DNA of 43,456 nucleotides. It comes from an uncultured archaeon. GTDB lineage: Archaea; Altiarchaeota; Altiarchaeia; IMC4; SCGC-AAA252-I15. The position numbers and the translations under genes are program-made. Location: positions 1-43,456 of the forward strand of contig CABMCB010000064.1 of assembly GCA_902384455.1 (NCBI GenBank), written 5' to 3'. Positions 18,919 through 27,097 of the stretch are shown here, piece by piece (within the stretch, counting starts at the first letter, position 1; the number at the start of each line of letters is the position of its first letter). The notes under the pieces were generated by a model that saw nothing but the letters and a program-made list of their open reading frames with translations, did not search any database and had not been told where the DNA came from.

Positions 18919-19986
18919 ATGAGACGGTTACTTGCTGCCGCAGGACTACTTCTACTAATCTCAAGTCTAACCTCAGCGTGGGGGCCCGGCGCCGCCAACA
19001 GATTCTGTTTCGACGCCGTCGAAACAATCTGGAACACAACAGAAGCCATAAACTGCCTAACACTCAAAGCAGACCAAACAGAAGCATTCTGCCGCATGTT
19101 CACACAAGACAACCAAACATACGAAAAATGCAAAACCAAAACCAACTCCCCAGACTACTTCATCCTCCCCTACGCACCCCAAATCATACTAAACGACACA
19201 AACACACGCTTCGACTACACAACATGCCCCATACGAATACAACCCGTCAGAAAATTCGTCTGCGGCCAAGCCAACGTAAGCGGCCTTCGTGAAAAAGCGG
19301 AGGAATGGTTTGCCGTAGCCGAAAACCAGCCGACGTTGTGCCTGCGCGTCCAAGCGTACTGCATTGGAGTCAATTACCTCGCCGACGCCTACCTGCCCAC
19401 ATACCAGACTAAAGTCAGAGACTTCGAATGCCTTAGGCTTCTTGACGAAAGAATAGACTTAGATGTGCTTTCGACCCCCGAAGACTGGAGGGAATCAACA
19501 AACTGCCTCTACAGATACATGATAGAACACATAGGCCCAGACCAGAAGGCAACTTACGGGCAAAGCTACGTCGTATCCCGCCACATATACGAAGAAGCGC
19601 TTAACGCCAGCGTAAATGCAGGCAAACCTCTGAAGTACATCAAATACAGCGGAAACCTGACGGCCCCCATAACGCCTCCAGCGCAGGAGAACATTACTTT
19701 AAACGTTTCAAACCAAAACGCTTCCCAGACTACAACCCAAAACAACACGACGCCCAAGCCCAAGCCTAACGGGGGCGGGGGGATAAGCGTTTTATTGATT
19801 CTTTTGGCGGCAGCCGTCGTGGCAGTATTTGTCGTCGCCGCAATATTCCTGTACCTGCGCAATAAAGTCGCCATAGAGCATACGACGCTTGGCGGAACAA
19901 AGATTATAGACAAAGAAACCCACCTGCCGATTGGACTGCACCTGCCGACTAAGCAGCTTCCGCCTAAGTCGCTTAGGAACGTCTGA
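18919..19986 (+). CDS. Secreted, C-terminally membrane-anchored Cys-containing glycoprotein; possible degenerate P1 nuclease/Zn-PLC fold
   Basis: Signal peptide ending in SA|WG, many N-x-S/T sequons, T/N/P linker and a single C-terminal TM. Start could be 18895. Confidence 0.75.
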   Translation: MRRLLAAAGLLLLISSLTSAWGPGAANRFCFDAVETIWNTTEAINCLTLKADQTEAFCRMFTQDNQTYEKCKTKTNSPDYFILPYAPQIILNDTNTRFDYTTCPIRIQPVRKFVCGQANVSGLREKAEEWFAVAENQPTLCLRVQAYCIGVNYLADAYLPTYQTKVRDFECLRLLDERIDLDVLSTPEDWRESTNCLYRYMIEHIGPDQKATYGQSYVVSRHIYEEALNASVNAGKPLKYIKYSGNLTAPITPPAQENITLNVSNQNASQTTTQNNTTPKPKPNGGGGISVLLILLAAAVVAVFVVAAIFLYLRNKVAIEHTTLGGTKIIDKETHLPIGLHLPTKQLPPKSLRNV

Positions 19987-20030
19987 AAGCAACTTTTAAG
20001 CGCCCCCGCCCCAAATTCAAGAGCATAAAG

Positions 20031-20909
20031 ATGACAGAAAACAAACTGAAGCTTGGTCTGCCCAAAGGCAGCTTACAAGAGAGCACATTCCACTTATTCA
20101 ACAAAGCGGGATTCAGGGTATCGGTAGCAAGCAGAAGCTACTACCCCGACCTAAATGACCCAGAAATCGATGCTTTGCTTATTCGCGCACAGGAGATGAG
20201 CCGCTACGTCGAAGACGGAGTCTTAGACTGCGGACTCACAGGAAAAGACTGGGTATTGGAGAACGGAAGCAAAGTCGTAACCGTCGCAGAACTAGTCTAC
20301 GCCAAACAAAACATGCGGCCCGTAAAATGGGTTCTCGCCGTCCCAAACGATTCGCCGATTAAGTCAGTTAAGGATTTGCAGGGGAAACGCGTCGCAACCG
20401 AACTCGTCAAATTCACCCAAAAATACCTGAAAGACAGAGGAATCACCGCTGACGTGGAATTCAGCTGGGGCGCAACAGAAGTCAAACCGCCTAAACTCGC
20501 CGACGCCATAGTCGAAGTCACAGAAACAGGAAGCTCACTTAAAGCAAACAACCTGCGCATAGTCGAAACACTCATGGAAAGCAGCACGCAACTTATAGCA
20601 AACAAAGACGCCTACCGCGACCCATGGAAAAAACAAAAAATAGACGAAATCGCAATGCTACTTAAAGGCGCAATAATGGCCGAAGAAAAAGTCGGCTTGA
20701 AACTGAACATCGCCAAAAAGAACCTATCCGGCTTACTCAAAACTCTTCCAGCACTCAGAAACCCCACAATAAGCCAACTAACAGACCCCGACTGGGTGGC
20801 CGTGGAAACAATCATAGACGAAAAACTAGTCAGAACACTAATACCAACCCTCAAGAAAGCGGGGGCCGAAGGAATAATCGAATACCCACTAAACAAGATA
20901 ATTCCGTAG
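20031..20909 (+). CDS. hisG: ATP phosphoribosyltransferase, long form
   Basis: [30 protein letters not shown] and the C-terminal regulatory domain (PTIS...GAEGI). Confidence 0.97.
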   Translation: MTENKLKLGLPKGSLQESTFHLFNKAGFRVSVASRSYYPDLNDPEIDALLIRAQEMSRYVEDGVLDCGLTGKDWVLENGSKVVTVAELVYAKQNMRPVKWVLAVPNDSPIKSVKDLQGKRVATELVKFTQKYLKDRGITADVEFSWGATEVKPPKLADAIVEVTETGSSLKANNLRIVETLMESSTQLIANKDAYRDPWKKQKIDEIAMLLKGAIMAEEKVGLKLNIAKKNLSGLLKTLPALRNPTISQLTDPDWVAVETIIDEKLVRTLIPTLKKAGAEGIIEYPLNKIIP

Positions 20910-20924
20910 TTGTTGATTTAGTAT

Positions 20925-20965
20925 TGAATAGATCACTATAATAGCAGTAGTGATTAGGCTATTCA
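20925..20965. promoter_or_regulatory. Imperfect inverted repeat upstream of the HEPN gene
   Basis: TGAATAG-ATCACTA / TAGTGAT-(TAGG)-CTATTCA arms; TATAAT at 20937-20942. Confidence 0.5.
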
Positions 20966-20977
20966 TTTGAGGAAAAA

Positions 20978-22270
20978 GTGGACAAGGAATCACTTCATAA
21001 GATTTTACTTCAAGTTTCTGAGCCTCATGAAGTTTCGAACGTATGGAAGAGGAGTTATACTGAGGCCGGGGTGTTTTCTTATGGTGAGGAAGACGTAATG
21101 CGGGTATCAAAAGCAGTCAAAATTTTACTTGGGGATAATAATATCAGATATTCTTTTTCAAGTAAGGACTTGGAAGAAAAAATATTTAGATTAACTGAAA
21201 AAACCTTGAATGTAGGTAACGTAGAAAAAGAGGAGATAATCCAAAGTTGGATTGACGAATTCGAAGCGGAGATAAATAAAAAGGTCGATAATTTCGAAGT
21301 TGTTATACCTATTGAAAACTTTAAGATTACGAGTAATTTGGATGTGGGAGATGTTGAATTTTTCGTTTTTGACAAAACATATTGTTCAAAATGGTTTCCA
21401 GATAGTACTACTGAAGATGACAAGAAACTTGAAAAAAATAAAAAACCGCCTGATATAATTGAGAATCAGCTAATGAATAGAACATGCGGGAGCGTTAGAA
21501 TTAAAGGTAGCCCAGAGTATGTAATAGAAGCAGGACGCAATAAAATTTCTTTAGCGTTGAATATTCTTCGACTCTTCACTTATGTTAGAGGGGATGACTT
21601 TTATCGGAGATATTTTGGACTTAAAGAAACGCTCACCTGTAATGGAGTGGACGGCGTATATTTGGTAACTGACAAAGGCCTGAAAGTTGAGAGCCATTAT
21701 CGTACAGGTTTTTTATTTCCCTTTGAAGTCGATGACAATAGAAAAATGTATATGGAACATACGGGTTTCGGTGTTATATGTAACATACTTAAAAAACCGA
21801 AATTAACTGATTTAGAGGAACGATTACTTACTAGTATATTCTGGTTTGGACAGGCAATGTCAGTTCAATGTATTAAAGAAAGAAAAAATGATCTGAAGTC
21901 AGATAAATTTTATGAATTAGCCTCGTATTCTTTTGAAGCAGACAGGTTTATTAAGATTATTACTTCTTTAGAATCTCTTTTTTTGAGAGGGGAGGAACCA
22001 AAAAGAAACACTCTTTCGGAGCGTATGGCCCTGTTATTAGCAGATGATTTGCGTAGCCGTTTGTTGATTTATGAAATGATGAAAGAAATTTATGAACATA
22101 GGTCTAGGATAGTTCATGGTGGAGACACATTTATGTCGACTATGGAACTGGACAGTCTAGCCGGTCTTGCCCAAGCCGCTATTTTCCGAGTCTTGGAAAA
22201 AATTAAAACAAAAGAGCTAAAAACTCTTACCGATTTATACACTTTTTTTGAAGTTCAAAAATTCAAGTGA
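20978..22270 (+). CDS. HEPN domain protein (Apea-like HEPN), AT-rich, probably horizontally acquired
   Basis: C-terminal SLESLF...LSERMA...IYEHRSRIVHGG (RxxxxH); abrupt AT-rich composition relative to both neighbours. Confidence 0.82.
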   Translation: MDKESLHKILLQVSEPHEVSNVWKRSYTEAGVFSYGEEDVMRVSKAVKILLGDNNIRYSFSSKDLEEKIFRLTEKTLNVGNVEKEEIIQSWIDEFEAEINKKVDNFEVVIPIENFKITSNLDVGDVEFFVFDKTYCSKWFPDSTTEDDKKLEKNKKPPDIIENQLMNRTCGSVRIKGSPEYVIEAGRNKISLALNILRLFTYVRGDDFYRRYFGLKETLTCNGVDGVYLVTDKGLKVESHYRTGFLFPFEVDDNRKMYMEHTGFGVICNILKKPKLTDLEERLLTSIFWFGQAMSVQCIKERKNDLKSDKFYELASYSFEADRFIKIITSLESLFLRGEEPKRNTLSERMALLLADDLRSRLLIYEMMKEIYEHRSRIVHGGDTFMSTMELDSLAGLAQAAIFRVLEKIKTKELKTLTDLYTFFEVQKFK

Positions 22271-22285
22271 GATTATGAGTAGTAT

Positions 22286-22849
22286 ATGAATCCAACTAAT
22301 CTTTTGTTTGTTTCTGATAGGGCGGGTTGGCGTGGGTGGCTTAGGAGGAACCATGCGAAGGAGTGTGAGGTTTGGTTGGTTTATTTTAGGAAGAGTTCTG
22401 GGAAACCCAGAGTCCCGTATAATGATGCTGTTGAGGAGGCTTTGTGTTTTGGGTGGATTGATAGTACTGTGAGGCGGGTTGATGAATTTAGTTTTGCGCA
22501 GAGGTTTACTCCTAGGAGGCGTGGTAGTGTGTTGTCGCAGGCGAATAGGGAGCGTATTAGGCGGCTTATTGCGGGTAGGAAGATGACTAAGGCGGGTTTG
22601 GCGGCGGTTGCGCACGTGTTTAATCCTGCAAAAAAAGATGATTTTGTTGTTCCAAAGGATGTTGTGAGGGCGCTTAAGGCGGGTGGGGCTTGGAAGAATT
22701 TTTTGGGTATGCCTGAGGCGTACAGGAGAATCAGGGTCGCATACATCGTCGCCCGCAGGCGGCATGGCGAGGAGGCGTTCCAAAAGAGCCTTAAGCACTT
22801 CGTCAAGATGACTGCGGGGAATAAGCGTTTTGGGTTTGTGCGGGATTGA
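22286..22849 (+). CDS. YdeI/OmpD-associated family protein
   Basis: WRxWLxxNH, AVEEALCFGWIDS, RFTPRR and MTxAG motifs. Confidence 0.92.
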   Translation: MNPTNLLFVSDRAGWRGWLRRNHAKECEVWLVYFRKSSGKPRVPYNDAVEEALCFGWIDSTVRRVDEFSFAQRFTPRRRGSVLSQANRERIRRLIAGRKMTKAGLAAVAHVFNPAKKDDFVVPKDVVRALKAGGAWKNFLGMPEAYRRIRVAYIVARRRHGEEAFQKSLKHFVKMTAGNKRFGFVRD

Positions 22850-22929
22850 GTGGTTTATTTTAGGGGCGGTTGAGAGTACGGTCGAGTAGGGTAGTGCTTT
22901 TAATGCGTTCTGGTAAATACTACTAACGT

Positions 22930-23637
22930 ATGGATAAGAGGATTGTCGTACTTGTGCTTGTCGTGGCGTTGGGGGCGGGCTTCTTTTTGATGTCTGGCAA
23001 ACAGATTTCTCCTAACCCCCGTGTTGATTCTGAGGATTTAAGCGACATGAAGGCTCAGCTTTCGCTCGTCCGCCAGAAGGGTGACGGCGCCAGAACCGCC
23101 AATATGCTGTATTATTTCAAGTATCTTGGTTATCCGCAGCCGGCGACTCCGGAGGATGCGGTTATTGCCGGAAAGACTCTTGATGCGTCCAGAGCCAGCG
23201 GCGACGGGCTTTGGGTTGCGGAGATGATTTATGTCGGCCGTGAGACTAATTTGGGTTTGAAGTCTGAGGATTCTGATTTGAGTGTTTATAGGAGTAGCAT
23301 TGAGAAGTATAGGGCTGCTAAGGACGGTTGGGGTTTGGCTGAGATGTATTATCTTATGCGGAAGCTTGACGTTAAGGTTGATGTTTCGCCTGAGGATGAG
23401 GTTGTGATGCGTGATACTCTTAGGGAGAAGCAGCGTGTGGGTAGTGGCTGGGAGGTTGCGGCGTTTTATTATCTTATGAGGAATGCCGGTTTCCAGTTGA
23501 CGCCTACTGCTGAGGATTTTTCGCTTATGGAGGCGAGTCTTGCGACTGCCATGAATGCGCATGATGGTTGGAGCATAGCTGCTATGCAGTATTTGATTCA
23601 GGATAATTCGCGTGCCGGCTTATATGTCGCAGGTTAG
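22930..23637 (+). CDS. Membrane-anchored protein with five 40-aa helical repeats
   Basis: N-terminal TM; repeated (D/S)G(W)xxAxMxY...(E/S)D unit at exact 40-aa spacing. Confidence 0.8.
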   Translation: MDKRIVVLVLVVALGAGFFLMSGKQISPNPRVDSEDLSDMKAQLSLVRQKGDGARTANMLYYFKYLGYPQPATPEDAVIAGKTLDASRASGDGLWVAEMIYVGRETNLGLKSEDSDLSVYRSSIEKYRAAKDGWGLAEMYYLMRKLDVKVDVSPEDEVVMRDTLREKQRVGSGWEVAAFYYLMRNAGFQLTPTAEDFSLMEASLATAMNAHDGWSIAAMQYLIQDNSRAGLYVAG

Positions 23638-24096
23638 TCCTTTGTGTTTTTTGAAGTATTGTTGGTGGTATTCTTCTGCGGGGTAGAATTTTTCTGCGGG
23701 CTGTATTTGGGTTACTATGGGTTTCTTGTATTTCCCGGCTTTAATCAGCTCCTCGACGAACGCCTTGGCTTCCTTCTCCTGCCCTGTGTTGTGGGTGAAT
23801 ATGGCGCTTCTGTAGTTTGTTCCAACATCCGGGCCTTGTCGGTTAAGTTGGGTGGGGTCGTGGAGGTTGAAGAAGACTTTTAGGAGTTCTTTGTAGCTTG
23901 TTTTTGAGGGGTCGTATGTGATTAGCAGCGCTTCCGCGTGGCCTGTTTTTCCAGTCAAAACTTCGTTGTAGTTGGGGCTTGGTGTTTTTCCGCCGGTGTA
24001 TCCTGCGACGGTTGAAATTACCCCCGGCGTCTTGTCGAATTCCTCCTGCACGTGCCAGAAGCATCCTGCCGCGAACGTTGCCATCTCGTGTTTCAT
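23620..24096 (-). CDS. msrA: Peptide-methionine (S)-S-oxide reductase
   Basis: AAGCFW, GYTGG, TGHAE, HDPT, RQGPDVGTNYRS and AEEYHQ. Start reassigned to ATG 24096. Confidence 0.96.
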   Translation of the reverse strand: MKHEMATFAAGCFWHVQEEFDKTPGVISTVAGYTGGKTPSPNYNEVLTGKTGHAEALLITYDPSKTSYKELLKVFFNLHDPTQLNRQGPDVGTNYRSAIFTHNTGQEKEAKAFVEELIKAGKYKKPIVTQIQPAEKFYPAEEYHQQYFKKHKGLTCDI

Positions 24097-24213
24097 GTTA
24101 AACCTTATTTCCGCGCGCGCTGTTAAAGGATTCGGTTTCCTGAAGGTTACCATTCGGAAGTAAGCTTGATGTTTTTATGTGGTTTATAAGGGCGGCTCTG
24201 TAAAAGGGAGTTT

Positions 24214-24480
24214 ATGAGCGACGTCGTCGTTTCAGGCCGCAGGGAGCGGTATGGGGGTTGGTCTTTCAGCGTCACTGTTGGGGATACGCCTTTTAATGTT
24301 CAGGTGGATAAGGACCATTGGCTTGCTTTGACCAGGGGGAGCATTGAGCCGGAGGATTTGGTTAAGAAGTCTTTTGATTTTCTTTTGAGGCGCGAGACTA
24401 AGGAGAGCATCTTAAGGAGCTTTAATTTGAGGGAGATAAGCAAGTATTTTTCTGAGTACGAGAAGATGATGAAGTTGTGA
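24214..24480 (+). CDS. Small conserved hypothetical protein
   Basis: LVKKSFDFLLRRETKESILRSFNL...YFSEYE resembles a widespread uncharacterised family (recalled, not searched); GGGAG upstream. Confidence 0.7.
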   Translation: MSDVVVSGRRERYGGWSFSVTVGDTPFNVQVDKDHWLALTRGSIEPEDLVKKSFDFLLRRETKESILRSFNLREISKYFSEYEKMMKL

Positions 24481-24481
24481 T

Positions 24482-24685
24482 TTATTTTCGGCGCTTAATC
24501 TTCATGTACTTGGCGTAGTCCTCTTCCGAGTCGAGAATTAAGGGCAGCCCCTGGTGGCCGCATTTGCGGCATGTGTAGAGGCCCATGAGTGTTCCTGATT
24601 GTTTCGCCCAGTTTTGGGTTTGAGATAGGGAGGTTATGTCGCGGCTTCCGCAGATTGGGCAGAGGGGGATTTCTTTTCGGGTCAC
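24482..24685 (-). CDS. Small zinc-ribbon protein
   Basis: CPICGS...CRKCG knuckles; GTG start abuts the upstream stop. Confidence 0.78.
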   Translation of the reverse strand: MTRKEIPLCPICGSRDITSLSQTQNWAKQSGTLMGLYTCRKCGHQGLPLILDSEEDYAKYMKIKRRK

Positions 24686-25948
24686 TTATTTCTTTTCTAG
24701 TATTACGAACCTGTTGTCCATGCCCGCTTCTCGCGTTGGGGTGGTGAGGTTTGATGTTTGTATTGCGATCGCTCCTTGTTCTTGTAGTCCTTCTAAGTAT
24801 TCCTGCAGAGGCGTGAAGTGGTGGCTTAGAAGGTAGGCGGCTTCTCCTTCGTATCCTCCTCTTTGGCCTTGGTTTGGGCTTAAGTCGAGCATTGCTTCTG
24901 CTCCGGGGGCGAGTTTTCGGATGATTGTGTCTAGTGCCGTGCGGACTAATTGCGTTGTGGTTGTGGCGCTGTAGTGTGAGACTGCAAGCTGCAGGCTTGA
25001 GTCTGGGATTGTGGTCATGTGCGTAACAAGTGTCCGGTGGATGGTGACGTGGTCGTCTATTGCTGCGATGAGTTGTCTTGCTCTTTCGTGTGTGTCTGGG
25101 TCTTTGACGTCCAGAAACGGCGGCATCCGTCGCGCCAGTTGCGGGTCGAGCCTGCGGGTGGTGGAGCCGTACACGGTCTCAAGGAAGTCGGTGTATTGGC
25201 CTCCCGCTATTCTCTCCTGCCTTAGGCGTTCTAGTATTGGGAAGTTGGTTATGGTGACTCCGACGAGGCGTAGTCGGTCTAAGTCTGTTTGAGGGAGCTC
25301 TCCGGATTCCACTCCCAGCATGAATCTTTGGAGTGTGTCTGTTAGGAATAGGCTGCCTCCGCATCCTATGTCTGCTACTGTGAAGTCGCCTTCTGGGAAA
25401 CGGCGGAGTAGTGTTCTGGTGTGGTCCATTATGAAGTCGTTGGGCCTTGAGCTGACGTCGTCTGGGTCTCTGAATCGTATTCCTGCGAAGAAGTCGCTGT
25501 AGGATTGTAGTCCTCCTGTGATGAAGTGAGTGTTTACTTGTCGTACTTCAGGCCCTTTTGGGTTGAGGAATGCTGCGACAAGCATGTCTGTTGTTTCAGT
25601 TTCCTGGCGCATCCAGCCGCGCACGCTGTCGGCCTCCATTCTGCGTCTGTGTTGGGTTGTGTGGAATTCGCTGCGCCCTGCGTCGGACAGCATGTATTCT
25701 CTTTCTTCGGGTGTTGCTTTCTCTAGAATCGCGTTGTATCTGTGTTCGTCTGCCACCATCCGTCTTACTGGTGTGGGGTTTGGCAGTTGGGCGTAGACTC
25801 TTTCTATTTGCCTGTTGCGTTGGGCTTTTTCGGCTTCCGATGCGCCTGCGGCTTCGTGTATTTCCAGCACTTTGCGGAAAGCTGCCTGTGAGGCGTCGTC
25901 GTCTAGTTTGCTTCTGACGTCTTCATCCTTATGCAATCGGACTGCCAT
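24686..25948 (-). CDS. Hypothetical protein with class I SAM-methyltransferase-like motif
   Basis: VADIGCGG (motif I), IPDSSLQLAVS and RKLAPG resemble the MTase_11 pattern; long charged N-terminus. Confidence 0.6.
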   Translation of the reverse strand: MAVRLHKDEDVRSKLDDDASQAAFRKVLEIHEAAGASEAEKAQRNRQIERVYAQLPNPTPVRRMVADEHRYNAILEKATPEEREYMLSDAGRSEFHTTQHRRRMEADSVRGWMRQETETTDMLVAAFLNPKGPEVRQVNTHFITGGLQSYSDFFAGIRFRDPDDVSSRPNDFIMDHTRTLLRRFPEGDFTVADIGCGGSLFLTDTLQRFMLGVESGELPQTDLDRLRLVGVTITNFPILERLRQERIAGGQYTDFLETVYGSTTRRLDPQLARRMPPFLDVKDPDTHERARQLIAAIDDHVTIHRTLVTHMTTIPDSSLQLAVSHYSATTTTQLVRTALDTIIRKLAPGAEAMLDLSPNQGQRGGYEGEAAYLLSHHFTPLQEYLEGLQEQGAIAIQTSNLTTPTREAGMDNRFVILEKK

Positions 25949-25992
25949 GAATGTTATACGGAATTAGGAGGAAAAAAAGTGAATCTGTTCGC

Positions 25993-27096
25993 TTAAGCTC
26001 TTTTGCACGTGTTGTCTTCTTCTGATGCCTCGTGCATGTCGGGCGCTTCCCCCCATATGCTCTTGGTTTTAAGCGTGTTTTTCAGTTGAGTAAGCAGGTC
26101 GTGGGTTGACTGCAGCGGCTTTCCCTCCACTTTTTTGTCGTGAGGTATCCCGAGCAGAGTGGAGATTATGGCGTTGTGGGTTACAGGCAAGGTGCGCACG
26201 TTGTATCCTCCTTCCAACTCCAACACCAGCTTGCCACCGCACAATTCATCCGCCAACTCCATGAATATCCGGGTCATCTCGGCGTATCCTGCGTCAGTCA
26301 CGTTAAGCTGGCTTATTCGGTCGCTTGCGTGGCTGTCTTGGCCTGCGGCTATCGCAATCAAATCGGGCTTGAATTTCCTAACGTAAGGCACCACGAAATC
26401 GTTTATGAAATAAATGTAGTCCGCGTCTCCCGTGCCGCCTGGCACAGGAAAATTTATTGTGTAACCGCGGCCTGCTCCTTCGCCTATTTGGTCTATGAAT
26501 CCTACGCCGGGGTAGAAGCTTTTGGGGTCCTGGTGTATGCTCATGTTGAGGACCGTGGGGTCGCTGTAGAATGTGCCCATTGTGCCGTTTGGGGCGTGAG
26601 CGTCCCAGTCGAAAACGCAGACTTTCTTGACTCCGTGCTTGGCCTGCAGATGCTTCACCATGACGCTCATGTTGTCGAAGAAGCAGAAGCCCGTCGCCTG
26701 ATTGCGCGACGCATGATGGCCCGGCGGCCGCACAAGCGCGAATACGTTTTCCACTTCCTTCTTTACTACTGCTTCTCCTGCGGCCATGACTCCTCCTGCC
26801 GCAAGCAGTGCGACGTGGTATGTTTCTGGGCTTACGTATGTGTCGGGGTCTATTACTGCGAAGCGTCCGTGCCCTTTTTCGCTCATGCAGCGGATGTAGT
26901 TTATGTGTTCCAGGCTGTGGACGCGTTCGACGTCTTCTGTTTTGGCTTCTTGTGGGGTTATCTGGTCTACCATGCTGAGCACGTGCGTCTTCATAAGGTG
27001 CTCCATTGTGGCTGATAGGCGCAGAGGGTTTTCAGGGTGGTTTTCCGGCGGCTTGTGCTTTAGGTAGTCGTCGTGGAATATCAGGCCGGTCGTCAT
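25993..27096 (-). CDS. Histone deacetylase family (Zn-dependent) protein deacetylase
   Basis: HPENPxR, RPPGHH, GFC, DWDAH, SIHQ, YPG, GQD and LEGGY motifs. Confidence 0.95.
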   Translation of the reverse strand: MTTGLIFHDDYLKHKPPENHPENPLRLSATMEHLMKTHVLSMVDQITPQEAKTEDVERVHSLEHINYIRCMSEKGHGRFAVIDPDTYVSPETYHVALLAAGGVMAAGEAVVKKEVENVFALVRPPGHHASRNQATGFCFFDNMSVMVKHLQAKHGVKKVCVFDWDAHAPNGTMGTFYSDPTVLNMSIHQDPKSFYPGVGFIDQIGEGAGRGYTINFPVPGGTGDADYIYFINDFVVPYVRKFKPDLIAIAAGQDSHASDRISQLNVTDAGYAEMTRIFMELADELCGGKLVLELEGGYNVRTLPVTHNAIISTLLGIPHDKKVEGKPLQSTHDLLTQLKNTLKTKSIWGEAPDMHEASEEDNTCKRA

Positions 27097-27097
27097 T

